Positions 53,107 to 64,000 of a DNA stretch of 64,000 nucleotides are shown here, in pieces. A program made the translations under genes and the position numbers. Under the pieces are notes generated by a model. The model was not told the DNA's origin and did not search any database. It was given only the letters and a program-made list of their open reading frames with translations. The DNA comes from Candidatus Eiseniibacteriota bacterium (lineage in GTDB: Bacteria; Eisenbacteria; RBG-16-71-46), in assembly GCA_963725865.1 (NCBI GenBank), contig CAVSAC010000014.1:480001-544000 (forward strand). Direction: 5' to 3'. Positions within the stretch are counted from its first letter, which is position 1. The number at the start of each line of letters is the position of its first letter.

Positions 53107-54585
53107 TCAGGCCGCGGTGCGCTCCAGCGCGAGCGTCTCGTGGACCGCGGCCTCGAGCGCCTCGCGCGTGGTGGAATCCAGCGCCTCCTCCAGCGAGCCC
53201 AGCGCGCGGCGGGCCGCGTCCGCGAGCGGCTCGCCGCCGGCGCGCGCGATCACCAGGCGACGCGCGAACGCCCCGCACAGCGCCGCGCGAGCGGTCGTCG
53301 GATCGACCGACTGGTGCGGCGCGAGCGGCATGCGCGCGGCCGCGGCCAGCGCGCACAGCTCGCTGATCCACCCGGTGGAATCGCCGCCGGCCAGCTGGAC
53401 GAGCGCCTCGCGGGTGCGCGCCTCGTCCGCGGTCGCTCCGAGCAGCGCGACGTGGCGCAGCAGCCCGCGCATGCGGGGCGGGAGCAGCGTGGCGCGCCCC
53501 GCGCGCTCGACCAGCGCCGCGGCCTCCGCGCGCAGCGCGGTCTCGGCCGTGACCGCGGTGACGGAGGCGAGCACCACGATCGCGCGCTCGAGCGGCAGAC
53601 GGTAGCGGCGCGCGTTGCGCAGCGCGCCCGCCACCAGCTCGCAGAGACCCGCCACCAGCTCGAGGTCGCGCGGCTCGGGCTCGAGGCCGTCGCCGCGCTC
53701 GTCCGCCAGCAGCACCCCCTCGAGCCCGTCGGGACCGCTCAGCGGCGCCGCCAGCGTGAAGCCGCCCGCGACCAGCGTCGGCAGCTCGTCCGCCAGCTCG
53801 CTCAGCCGCTCCATCTCGCGCCTCAGCACCGGTCGTCCGAGCGCCGCCAGCGTGCTCACGAGCGGACCGTCGGTGGCGAGCGCGCACCCCGCGAGGCGAT
53901 CGAGCGCGTCCCCGCGCACCGCCACCGGCTCGAGCGTCCGGCCATCGGGCGCCGGCGCCAGCAGCGCCACGGTCGCCACGCCGAGGCGGGTCTGCGCCGC
54001 GGCCAGGAAGCGCCGCGCCAGCGTGTCGAAGTCGAGCGTGCAGTGGAGGTCGCGTCCGACCCCGAACGCCAGCTCGCGCAGGCGCTGCTCGCGCCGCGTC
54101 TCGACCTGCGAGCGCCGCACCTCGTCGCGCGCGCGCGCCAGCTCGCGCTCCAGCTCGACGCCGCGCTGCCGCAGCGCGCGCGCGTCGGCGACCCGCGCGA
54201 GCAGCCGGCGCGAGCGGGCGATCAGCTCCTTCGGCGAGAACGGCTTCGCCAGGAAGTCGTCGGCGCCGGAGGCGAGCCCGTGCACGCGCGCCTCGGTCTC
54301 GCCGGCCGCCGAGACCATGATGACCGGGGCGGCCCGCTCGCCACGCTCGCGCCGCAGCGCCTCGCACACCTCGAACCCGCTGCGCTTGGGCAGCCGCACG
54401 TCGAGCACGATCAGGTCCGGCTGCTCGCCGATCGCTTTGCGGTAGGCGTCGTCGCCGTCGATCGCGGTCAGCACCTCGAACCCCTGCGTCGAGAAAGCGA
54501 CCTGGAGCAGCTCGAGCACGCGGCGGTCGTCGTCGACCACCAGCACGCGCGGCACCGGCGCCGCAGGACGGAGCGCGCCGCTCAC
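53107..54585 (-). CDS. Response regulator: REC, coiled coil, GAF-like and degenerate helical C-terminal domain
   Basis: VLVVDDD, LDVRLP, GADDFLAKPF. Confidence 0.8.
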   Translation of the reverse strand: MSGALRPAAPVPRVLVVDDDRRVLELLQVAFSTQGFEVLTAIDGDDAYRKAIGEQPDLIVLDVRLPKRSGFEVCEALRRERGERAAPVIMVSAAGETEARVHGLASGADDFLAKPFSPKELIARSRRLLARVADARALRQRGVELERELARARDEVRRSQVETRREQRLRELAFGVGRDLHCTLDFDTLARRFLAAAQTRLGVATVALLAPAPDGRTLEPVAVRGDALDRLAGCALATDGPLVSTLAALGRPVLRREMERLSELADELPTLVAGGFTLAAPLSGPDGLEGVLLADERGDGLEPEPRDLELVAGLCELVAGALRNARRYRLPLERAIVVLASVTAVTAETALRAEAAALVERAGRATLLPPRMRGLLRHVALLGATADEARTREALVQLAGGDSTGWISELCALAAAARMPLAPHQSVDPTTARAALCGAFARRLVIARAGGEPLADAARRALGSLEEALDSTTREALEAAVHETLALERTAA

Positions 54586-56705
54586 CAGCGGGCCTCCAGT
54601 CCGAGCCGCGTCACCAGTCCGTCGACCTCGATCTCGGCGAACGGCTTGCGGAGCGTGTACACGATGCCCGCCTCGCGCGCGAGCGCGAGGTCGTCGGTGT
54701 CACGCACCAGCGCGACCAGCGCCGCCGGCGAACCGCGGCGCGCGAGCTGGTCGCGCACGCCGTTCACGAGCGCCCGGCCGCGCGCGTCCGGAAGCTCCAC
54801 GTCGAGGCACACGACGCCCCAGGGCCCGCGCGCGAGCGCGTCGGCCAGCGCGGCCGCGCGGTCCACCGTGTCGACCACGAAGCCGTGCTTCTGGAGCAGG
54901 CGCACCAGGAACAGCCGCGCCATCATCGAGTCCTCGGCGATGAGCGCACGGCGGGGACGCGCCGACTCGGACTCCGTGGCCGGTGCGACGGGGGTCGCGG
55001 GCCGCGATTCCGCGCGGACGGGCGGCGGCGGTGCGACGGCGGCCGGCGCGGCGATCGGCGATTCCTCACGCGGCGGCGGCGCGACAGTGGGTGCCTCCGC
55101 CGGCGGCGCTTCGCGCGGCGGCGCGGGCGCGACCGACGGCGGCCCGGACGACGTTTCGGGCAGCGACTCCACGTCGCGGCGCGCGAGCAGTCGCAGCGAC
55201 GGCCGCGCACCGGGGACGCGGATCGTGCGCGGCGGCGCCACGACGTCCGGCGGCGCGGGTGCGATCAGCTCGACCCTGGGCGGCGCGACCGTCGCGCTCT
55301 CGTGCGGCACGCGTGGGTGCCAGTGACGTGCGGGACCGCTGCCGAACTCGAATGCCGGGGCCGGCGTCGGCTCGGCGTCCGGCGCGATCTCGGCCGGCAT
55401 GGCCGGGGCGGCAGCCGCGGGCGGCGCCTCCACCGTCGGCTCCGCCGCTCCGCCCGCGGGCGCAGAGTCGTCCGCGCGCGCGGGTCCGGGAACGGTCGCC
55501 TCGTCCGCGGCCTCGATGTCGGAGGCCGCCAACTCGCGGATCGGCGCGGCCTGGCCGCGCAGTTCCTCGAGCGCCTGGTGCGCCACCCGCGCCAGCCGCT
55601 CGGACTCCGCCTCGTCGACGCTCGCGGGCGGCTGCCCGCCGTCCGGGACCGGCAGGGGCGCCACGCCGGCGAGCAGGCGCGCGACGTCCACGCGCCACCA
55701 CGATTCGCCCTCGTCGGTGCGGACCATGCCGGTCAGCGCCACCGCGGGCGACTCGCTGATCGGCGGGCAGGGGTCCGCCGGGAATCGCCACACCAGCCGG
55801 TCGGCCACCAGCCAGGCGCGGCGCAGTCCGTGCGCGAGCATCACCACCGGGCGCTCCGCGTCGGTCCCGGTCAGCGGCGCCAGCGGCGCGATCGTGGGCG
55901 CGGCCGGCTGCGCCAGCTCGATCTCCTCCGCTGGCATCAGGTGCACGTGGAGCACCGCGTGCCACGGCAGCGCCAGCGACAGCCCGCCCTGCATCACCAT
56001 CAGGAAGGTCTCGCGCCCCACGTGGGCCGGTACGCGCACCCGCCAGGTGCCGGGCGGCGCGCCGACTCCGGCCGGTCCGAGGTTGCCGTCGACGGTCGCG
56101 AGCACTTCGCTCGCCGCGTGCAGCCCCAGCGGATCGATGTCCGACACCCACACCTCGAACATCGAATCCTCGGCGCTCACGCGCGACGGACGGCGCGGGC
56201 CCTCGCTCCCCGCCAGCCAGTCCAATGCCGCGCGCAGCGCGGCGGCGACCGGCGCGCTGAACCGAACCCGCTGCAGCGCGCGCGCCTCTTCGCCGGCGAG
56301 CGCCGGAAGTTCCTCGAGCACGTCCGCCAGCGGCAGCGTCGGCACCGCCGGCTCCTGGTCGCCGACACCGGGCGACCATTCCACCGCCTCCAGCTCGGCC
56401 GCGAGCGCGGCCAGCTCCGGATCGGCGCGCTCGAACGGCGCGATCGAGCCGGCCTCCTCGGCGGCGGCGGACAGTCGCGCCAGTCGCTGCAGCACGCTCG
56501 TCAGGGTGGCCGGCCACGGCCCGCCGACGTGCGGCTCGCACGCGGCCAGCACGCGGTCGAGCCCCTCGAGCGCCAGCATCTGCGCCACTTCGCGCGCGAC
56601 CGCGACGGCGTCTCGCGACGCCTGCGGTGCGACCACCGGCGCCAGCGAGCCGATCAGCACGCGCGCGATCTCGCGCGCTTCCTCCGCGGGACCGGGCTGG
56701 CTCAC
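54582..56705 (-). CDS. Degenerate CheA-like hybrid: CheW-like domain, Pro/Ala linker, C-terminal REC
   Basis: FLMVMQGGLSLALPWHAV (CheW-like); ALIAEDS...LDVELP...RKPF. Confidence 0.6.
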   Translation of the reverse strand: MSQPGPAEEAREIARVLIGSLAPVVAPQASRDAVAVAREVAQMLALEGLDRVLAACEPHVGGPWPATLTSVLQRLARLSAAAEEAGSIAPFERADPELAALAAELEAVEWSPGVGDQEPAVPTLPLADVLEELPALAGEEARALQRVRFSAPVAAALRAALDWLAGSEGPRRPSRVSAEDSMFEVWVSDIDPLGLHAASEVLATVDGNLGPAGVGAPPGTWRVRVPAHVGRETFLMVMQGGLSLALPWHAVLHVHLMPAEEIELAQPAAPTIAPLAPLTGTDAERPVVMLAHGLRRAWLVADRLVWRFPADPCPPISESPAVALTGMVRTDEGESWWRVDVARLLAGVAPLPVPDGGQPPASVDEAESERLARVAHQALEELRGQAAPIRELAASDIEAADEATVPGPARADDSAPAGGAAEPTVEAPPAAAAPAMPAEIAPDAEPTPAPAFEFGSGPARHWHPRVPHESATVAPPRVELIAPAPPDVVAPPRTIRVPGARPSLRLLARRDVESLPETSSGPPSVAPAPPREAPPAEAPTVAPPPREESPIAAPAAVAPPPPVRAESRPATPVAPATESESARPRRALIAEDSMMARLFLVRLLQKHGFVVDTVDRAAALADALARGPWGVVCLDVELPDARGRALVNGVRDQLARRGSPAALVALVRDTDDLALAREAGIVYTLRKPFAEIEVDGLVTRLGLEARW

Positions 56706-58219
56706 GGCGCCTCCTCGCCGCGCGCGCGCGGCGGCTCGGCGGGCTTGCCGCCCTCGCGTCCCAGCAGGCGCAACGAGCCGGAGCTGGCCGGGTGCGCGCG
56801 TGACTCGCCCTCGCGCGCAGGCGCGGTCGGCACTGGCGACCCGGGCGCGACGGTCGGCGCCGGCGCCGCGGCGCCGGTGACCGGCTCGAGCCGCACGATC
56901 AGACCGTCCAACTCGCGCGCCTCGTCGTCGAGCCGGCGCGTCAGCCGCTGCGCGGCGCGCGAGGCGCGCTCGCCGGCCGATGAGAGGCGCTCACCCTTGC
57001 GGGTCGCGTCGTTGATCATCTCGCGCACGCGCTCGAGCAGGCGCGCGGCGTCCTCGGGCAGCGCGGCCGGCGCCGACTCGGCGATCGCTCCGGTGGCCGG
57101 CAGCGCCTCGAGCCGCGCGGCGATCTCGGCGCGCACACGCGCCATCCGCTCGGTGGCGGCCGCGACCTCGCTCTCGACCTCGGTCGCCAGCCCGGTGGTG
57201 CGCTCGGTCGCCTCGCGCACGTCGCGCGCGAGCCGCTTGAGCTGCTCCGCCTGCGGCTCGCGTCCCGCTCCGGCCGCGACCACGTTGAGCGCGATCAGCG
57301 TCGCGCGGTTCGCGAGCCGCTGCACGTGGTCGGTGATCTCCTGCACGCGCTGCATGCCCGTGCCGAGGTGCTCGACGCTTTCGACCGACGCGGTCACCAG
57401 GTCACCGATCGCTGCGGCCGCGGTGGCGCGGATCGACCCCACTGCCTCGACCTGCGCGGCGGTCGCCGGCGGCAGCGTGAGGCGACCGAGGTTCGCGGTC
57501 AGGTCCCCGCCGAGCCGGTGCAGCTCGCGCACCGTGGTGAGCAGGGCAGTCGCTTCGACGAACCCGCGCTCGGCCTGCTCGGCGGACTCGCGCGCGTCGG
57601 CGACCGCCTCGTGGATCTCGTCGCGCACCTGGCGGGCGGCGACCGCATTCTCGTCGCGGATGCCCTGGTCGCGGCCCATCGAACGGTTGAGCAGGCTGAT
57701 CACGGGCGCGAGCGCCGCGCTGTCGACGGTGAGCGGCTCCCAGCGCTCGGTGCGATTCCAGCGGTCGAGCGCCACCCGCACGTGCGCGAGCTGTCCGTGC
57801 AGCGCCTCGAGCTCCCCGATGGATCGCTGCGCCGCGCGCTGCCGCACCAGCAGGACCTGCGTCTGATGGGTGAGCTCGGACAGCTCGCCCCAGCCGGTCG
57901 CCGAGGGCAACCCGCGCAGGTCGGTCACGCGCCCGGCCTGCAGGCCACGCAGCAGGCCGCCGAGGTGCCCGACCACGTGGCGATCGATCCACAGTGCGGC
58001 GACGATCGCGATTACCACGCCCAGACCGCCGATCGCCGGCAACCACAGCCACACCAGCGCGGGGTCGAGCAGGCCCGAGGCCCGAGTGGTCACCACCCAG
58101 GCGAGCAGTCCGCCTGCGAGCAGCGGGGGTACCAGGCACGCGAGCCACAGACGCACGCGGAGTCCCGCACCCGGATCGGGTGCGGAGACGGGGGGCTCGG
58201 GAGGCGTGCGATCAGCCAT
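56702..58219 (-). CDS. Degenerate methyl-accepting chemotaxis-like protein
   Basis: Two TM helices, HAMP-like segment, VQEITDHVQRLANRATLIALN. Confidence 0.6.
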   Translation of the reverse strand: MADRTPPEPPVSAPDPGAGLRVRLWLACLVPPLLAGGLLAWVVTTRASGLLDPALVWLWLPAIGGLGVVIAIVAALWIDRHVVGHLGGLLRGLQAGRVTDLRGLPSATGWGELSELTHQTQVLLVRQRAAQRSIGELEALHGQLAHVRVALDRWNRTERWEPLTVDSAALAPVISLLNRSMGRDQGIRDENAVAARQVRDEIHEAVADARESAEQAERGFVEATALLTTVRELHRLGGDLTANLGRLTLPPATAAQVEAVGSIRATAAAAIGDLVTASVESVEHLGTGMQRVQEITDHVQRLANRATLIALNVVAAGAGREPQAEQLKRLARDVREATERTTGLATEVESEVAAATERMARVRAEIAARLEALPATGAIAESAPAALPEDAARLLERVREMINDATRKGERLSSAGERASRAAQRLTRRLDDEARELDGLIVRLEPVTGAAAPAPTVAPGSPVPTAPAREGESRAHPASSGSLRLLGREGGKPAEPPRARGEEAP

Positions 58220-58804
58220 GGCGGCGCGACCGGTCTGGAAGCGGGAGCGGCGTGTCAGCGCAGAGGTTCACGACCAGATGCTCCGCAAGTCACATGCCTC
58301 GAATCGGGCGGGCGGGCGGACACCGCGGCGGGCCCGGAGTCGGTCACCGTCCGGGCCCGGAGCGCGCCCGGATGCCGTGCCTACCAGTCCGCCGTGCGGC
58401 TTGCACGAGCCGCGCTATCGCGCGCGCGGACTTCTCGCTGCGCGCGCGCGGCGGCGCCGTGCGGCGGCCGGACGCGGCGGCGGATTGCGAAACAGCATAG
58501 CGGGCGCGACCGCCGGCGCCTACCTCGGGAAGCGGGACGGGCCGGCCGGCGTGCGTGCGGCGCCTGGGTGGGAAGCCCCGGCCGCTGCGCCTTCGCGCGC
58601 GAAATCCCGGTCCCCGCGCGGCTTCCGGACCCTCCCGCGGGGCGGCCGTGGCCCCGCGTGCGCGCGTCGCCCGCGCCGGATGCGGGCGCGATGACCCGCG
58701 GGGGGCTGCGTGGCACGGAGACTGCACTGACTCGTGCACGAGCGCGGCGGGCCGCCTCCGGACCCGCACGCCGACGGAAGGACACCGCACGCACGAGGCG
58801 CCCG

Positions 58805-59566
58805 ATGAATCCGCGTCACTACGTCGACCTCAAGGAATCGAGCCGGGACCTCCAGCCCACCTATTACTTCATGATCAACTGTCTCCTCTACAGCCGCATG
58901 GAGACAGGGCTGGTCTCGAACCAGGAATGCTACGACGAGGACGTGAATGTCTACCTCGCCCACCTGCTCCACTCGTTCATCAACCCCGAGTTCGTGGACC
59001 AGTCGCGGCGCTTCCTCTCCAAGTACGACACCGACGTGTTCCGGCGCCTGTCCACCTCCACCGATGCGCGCCTGAAGTACCAGATCTACAAGACGAACGC
59101 GGACTTCCTCCTGGTATCGATCGGCATCTTCGACAATCCGCACGGTGCGACAGCCAGTCGCCGAGCGCAGCCGAGCGAGGAGGCCTACGTCGGCCGCGGC
59201 AAGACCTACTACCACTTCGCGTACACGTACGCGCAGCAGGTGCACCGCAAGAACGCCGGGGTCGCCGAGGTGCTCGAGAAGCTCTCGGTCGGCTTCGACA
59301 AGTACATCAAGATCCTCTCTCACATGCGTGGCGAGTATCTCGACCTGATGAAGCGGCTGTCCCAGGGCGAGGTCTATCACCTCGAGCGCTCCGTCGACGA
59401 GCAAGCGCAGCAAGAGCTGCTCCGCCTGAAACAGGACGAGCTCCTCGAGTTGTACTCCGCCTGGAAGACGCAGCCGGATCCGCAAACCACGGAGGACCTC
59501 GAGCGAGTCGTGAGTGAGATCAAGCAGCTGAACCCCGCCTTCAAGTTCGAGCTTCCGAAGCGCTGA
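58805..59566 (+). CDS. Hypothetical all-alpha protein
   Basis: Clean ORF with protein-like composition (DEDVNVYLAHLL, ADFLLVSIGIF, GRGKTYY); GAGG RBS. Confidence 0.85.
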   Translation: MNPRHYVDLKESSRDLQPTYYFMINCLLYSRMETGLVSNQECYDEDVNVYLAHLLHSFINPEFVDQSRRFLSKYDTDVFRRLSTSTDARLKYQIYKTNADFLLVSIGIFDNPHGATASRRAQPSEEAYVGRGKTYYHFAYTYAQQVHRKNAGVAEVLEKLSVGFDKYIKILSHMRGEYLDLMKRLSQGEVYHLERSVDEQAQQELLRLKQDELLELYSAWKTQPDPQTTEDLERVVSEIKQLNPAFKFELPKR

Positions 59567-59590
59567 CGAGTTCAGTCGCGGCGCTTGCAC

Positions 59591-59629
59591 ACGACGACCC
59601 CGCCGTTGGAGGACGGCGGGGTCGCTCGT
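59591..59629. terminator. Hairpin between convergent genes, putative terminator
   Basis: CGACCCCGCCGT-TGGAGG-ACGGCGGGGTCG. Confidence 0.55.
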
Positions 59630-59657
59630 CTTCGATCCGGGCGCGAGACGTGCGCGG

Positions 59658-61619
59658 CTAACCGCGTGGCTCGCGCGCCGCGACTTGCGCGGAGGCGACC
59701 GGCGCCGCGCCGCTCACCCAGCGCTCCGCCCACATCTGCAGGCTCAGCACCGTCCACAGCGTGCGCCCGCGCTCGACGCGGCCGGCGAGATGGTCCGCCA
59801 GCAGCGCTCGCACCGCGACCGGATCGAGCACGCCGACGCGCCGCAGTCGCTCCGGCGCCAGGTGCGCCTCCACCACCGACCGCAGCGGACCGCGCGACCA
59901 GACGGTGAATGGCGGCGAGAAGCCCTGCTTGCGCCGCGTGAGCACCTCGCGCGGCAGCAGGTCGCGCGCCACCTGCTTGAGCACCCACTTGCCGGTCGTG
60001 CCGCGCAGCTTGAGCGCCGCCGGCATGCGCATCGCGTGCTCGATCAGCGCGTGGCGCAGGAACGGCGCGCGCGACTCGAGCCCGTGCGCCATGGTGCTGC
60101 GGTCCACCTTCGTGAGCAGTCCGCTCAGGTAGGTCTCGAAGTCGAACAGCTGGTACGCCACCAGCCGCGGGTCGCGCTCGAGGTCGCCGACCGGCGCCCC
60201 GCGCAGGTCGTGGCTGACGCGGTCGAGGTGCGCGAGCGGGTCGTCTTCGTCGAGGCGCACGCGCAGCGCCGGGGCCAGCAGCGCGCGCGACTCGGCGGCG
60301 GTCGCGGTGCCGAACCAGGCGAGGTGCCGCTCGAACGGCCGCAGCGTCGCCGACGCCAGGAAGCGCTCGGCGAGCCCGGCGATCGAGACGTGCGTGTGGC
60401 GCGGTCGCAGCCGCCGCGCCACCGCGAGCAGCGCGCCGCGCACGAATGGCGACAGGGTGCGCGCGCGGGTGGCGAGCGCGTGGCCGAGGTAAGTCGGATA
60501 GCCGGCGAACAGCTCGTCGCCGCCCTCGCCGGTCAGCACGACCGGCACGTGGCGCGCCGCCAGCCGCGCGACCGCCCACGTCGGCAGCACGCTGGGGTCG
60601 CCGAGCGGCTGGTCCATGCGCGCCGCCCAGCCGTCGAGCACCTCCGCACCGCCCGCCGCGTCGAGGGTCTCCTCGTGGTGGTCGGCGCCGATGTGGCGCG
60701 CGACCGCGCGCGCGTACATCGACTCGTCGTAGCCGCGCCCCTCGAGGCGCAGGCTGAACGTGGGCACGTGGGTGTGGTGGGCACGCGCGGCGAGGGCGGC
60801 GACCAGCGACGAATCGAGGCCGCCCGAGAGGAACAGCCCGAACGGCACCTCGTCCGGGGTGCGCGAGCGCACCGCGGCGTCGAGCGCCTCGCGGGTGGAC
60901 TCGACGGTCGCCTCCGCGCCCTCGGGGCGCGCGTCCGCGAGGCCGTCCCACGGCCGCCAGTAGCGCACCAGCCGCTCGCCGCCGTCGTGCCGCACCAGCA
61001 CGTGCGCGGGCGGCAGCTGGCGCACCGCGTCGAACGCGCAGTCGGCGCCGATGAAGAATCCGTGCACCAGGTAGCGCGCGAGCGATCCCGGCGACGGATC
61101 GCGCGACACCCACGGCAGCGCGAGCAGCGCGCCGGGTTCCGAGGCGAACGCGAACATGCCGTCGTGGGCGGCGACGAACAGCGGCTTCTCCCCCGCGCGG
61201 TCGCGCGCCAGCACCAGCGTGCGCGTGGAGGCGTCCCACACCGCCGCCGCGAACATGCCGTCGAGGTGGAGCGGGAAGTCGGCGCCCTGCTCCTCGTACA
61301 GGTGGGTGACCACCGCGGTGTCGATCCCGGTCTCGACCACGTGCCCGCGCGCGCGCAGCCCGTCGCGCAGCTCGGCGTGGTTGTAGACCTCGCCGTTCAC
61401 CAGCGCGTGGCGGGTGTCGCTCTCGTCGTGGAACAGGTGCGCGGGCTCGTGCGGCGCCACGATCGCCAGCCGCGCGATGCCGAGCGCCACCTGGTCGTCG
61501 CCCCACAGGGCGCGACCGCTGGGGCCCCGGTGCGCGAGCCGATCCACCATCGCGCCGACCCGCACGTGGCGTTCTTCACTCGAGAGGCGTGGGGCCCACA
61601 GGCCCGCGATGCCGCACAT
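59658..61619 (-). CDS. asnB: Asparagine synthase (glutamine-hydrolysing) family amidotransferase
   Basis: MCGIAG, HRGP, NGEVYN, RDRAGEKPL, LSGGLDSS, GEGGDELFAGY, KVDR. Confidence 0.95.
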   Translation of the reverse strand: MCGIAGLWAPRLSSEERHVRVGAMVDRLAHRGPSGRALWGDDQVALGIARLAIVAPHEPAHLFHDESDTRHALVNGEVYNHAELRDGLRARGHVVETGIDTAVVTHLYEEQGADFPLHLDGMFAAAVWDASTRTLVLARDRAGEKPLFVAAHDGMFAFASEPGALLALPWVSRDPSPGSLARYLVHGFFIGADCAFDAVRQLPPAHVLVRHDGGERLVRYWRPWDGLADARPEGAEATVESTREALDAAVRSRTPDEVPFGLFLSGGLDSSLVAALAARAHHTHVPTFSLRLEGRGYDESMYARAVARHIGADHHEETLDAAGGAEVLDGWAARMDQPLGDPSVLPTWAVARLAARHVPVVLTGEGGDELFAGYPTYLGHALATRARTLSPFVRGALLAVARRLRPRHTHVSIAGLAERFLASATLRPFERHLAWFGTATAAESRALLAPALRVRLDEDDPLAHLDRVSHDLRGAPVGDLERDPRLVAYQLFDFETYLSGLLTKVDRSTMAHGLESRAPFLRHALIEHAMRMPAALKLRGTTGKWVLKQVARDLLPREVLTRRKQGFSPPFTVWSRGPLRSVVEAHLAPERLRRVGVLDPVAVRALLADHLAGRVERGRTLWTVLSLQMWAERWVSGAAPVASAQVAAREPRG

Positions 61620-61652
61620 GATCGATTAGGTCTCGGTCCGCGCGGGGCGCGG

Positions 61653-63069
61653 TCAGGGTCGGACGGCGGCGCGGTACGCGACGAAGCGCGCATCGCGATG
61701 GAATTCGACGAAGCCCGCCGGTGGGGCGCCGGTGTCCTTCGTCGCGCGCACCACCACCTCGGCGGCCGCGCCGGGTGCCGCGTCGAGCGCGGTCCACAGG
61801 CCGCGCCGGCGCAGCAGCGTTGCGTATCGTACCTGATAGTTGCTCGTGGTCTCCTGTCCCCGCTCGCTCACCAGGGTCGAGATGCGGCCCAGCAGGTAGT
61901 CGGTGCCGGCGCTGTAGCAGCGCTCGTAGCGCACGCTTCGGGCCCCGGTCGTGCGGATCGCGGCGGCCAGCGGGGCGCCCGAGGAGGCGCGGGCGAGATC
62001 GCGCAGCCGCGAGTGGCCGAAGCCGAGCAGCAGGGGCACGAACGCCAGGGTCGCAGCGAACACGAGCGCCCGCCGCCGCCCCGGCGCCGCGTGCGACCAG
62101 CACAGCGCGGCGAGCCACGCGAGCGGCGGCAGCGCGGGCAGCAGGTAGGTGACGAGCTTCGAGCGCGACAGCGTGAAGAACACGAGCGCGAACAGCACGA
62201 ACCCGAGCGCGACCGCGATCCCGGGCCGGGCTCCCGCCGGCGCCTCGCGCAGGCGGCGCTCGCTCCACGGCGTGGCGAGCGACCACGGCAGCGTGCCGCC
62301 CACCAGCACCGCGGGCACGAACCACCACGGCTGCTGGCGGCGGAACGAGCCGCTGGTCATGCGCTCGAGCGACTCCTCGAGGAACGCGTAGCGCGGGTAC
62401 TCGGGGTGCCGCGCGCACGCGAGCGCGAACCAGGCGCCCGCTACGCCGAGCGCGAGCAGCCAGCCGGGCCACCACGCGAGCCACGCGAGCGGGCGCCGCG
62501 AGCGCATCAGGAGCGCGGTCGCCGCACTGCCCACCCACCACCCACGCCAGCATCACCGGACCCTTGAGCAGCAGCCCGAGACCGACGCACGCGAACATCC
62601 ACGCGCGCCGCCGCGACGACGGACCGTCGCGCAGCTCGTCGGCGAGCGCGGTCCACACCACGGTGACGCACAGCGCCAGCGGCACGTCGAAGATGACGTA
62701 CGCGCTCATGGTGGCGAACAGCGGCGCGGCCGCGAGCAGCGCGGCGGCGCGCCACGCGACGCGGGCGTCCGCCGCGCGGCGCGCGTAGCCCCCCAGCACC
62801 AGCAGCGTGGCGAGCCCGGCGAGGATCGCGGGCAGCCGGGCCGCGAGGGGCACCGGGCCGAGCACCCGGATGCACACCGCCGCGGCCCAGAACAACGCCG
62901 GCGGCTTGTCGAGGTAGGGCATCCCGGCGAGGTGCGGGATCACCAGGTCGCCGCCCGCGGCCATCTCGCGCGCGACCTCCGCGTTGCGGCCCTCGTCCGG
63001 ATCCACCAGCGGGATCGTGGTCGCGAGCCACAGCGAGAGCGCGAGTGCCGCGAGCGCCACCGCCAGCAC
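61653..63069 (-). CDS. ArnT/PMT-like (GT39/83) glycosyltransferase; frameshift near 62535
   Basis: DPDEGRNAEVAREM, YLDKPPALFW, LLKGPV, QPWWF, SKLVTYLLP. Confidence 0.85.
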
Positions 63070-63148
63070 GCCGCGGGGGACGCCGCGCGCGGCGGCACGC
63101 GCCTGCGCCGCGGGTTCGCCGGGCGGGCTCGCACCGCCCGCCGTCGCG

Positions 63149-64000
<852 letters not shown>

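Overview
Very GC-rich bacterial chromosome segment. Secreted proteins ending in TWGxLKxRYR or an FlgD/T9SS-like tail suggest a Candidatus Eisenbacteria/Latescibacterota-like organism (inference only). It holds housekeeping loci: the F1Fo ATP synthase operon with an apparent AtpI-AtpB fusion, 2-oxoacid:ferredoxin oxidoreductase with a ferredoxin-NADP reductase, a trehalose cluster, guaB, asnB, msrA, yajQ and two LemA loci. It also holds several accessory modules. The most striking is an ~9 kb mosaic (11.85-21.84 kb) just downstream of atpC. On the minus strand it reads atpD-atpC-[deleted IS91-like element with oriIS-like end]-cargo gene-'atpD-atpC (diverged duplicate)-[IS91 relic]-...-[IS91 3' half with oriIS-like end]-truncated gene. 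This is the architecture of ISCR1 complex integrons, but anchored on the ATP synthase operon. Other notable items are an ECF sigma/membrane kinase-DUF4384/exported TPR-CHAT triad with a shared RGMxG motif, a CHAT-like/transglutaminase fusion coupled to a lipase, a degenerate chemosensory operon, and a 149-bp palindromic element with two CAGGATG hairpin loops. Several single-base frameshifts, including one in atpD, are probably sequencing or assembly errors. All calls come from motif recognition; no database search was run.
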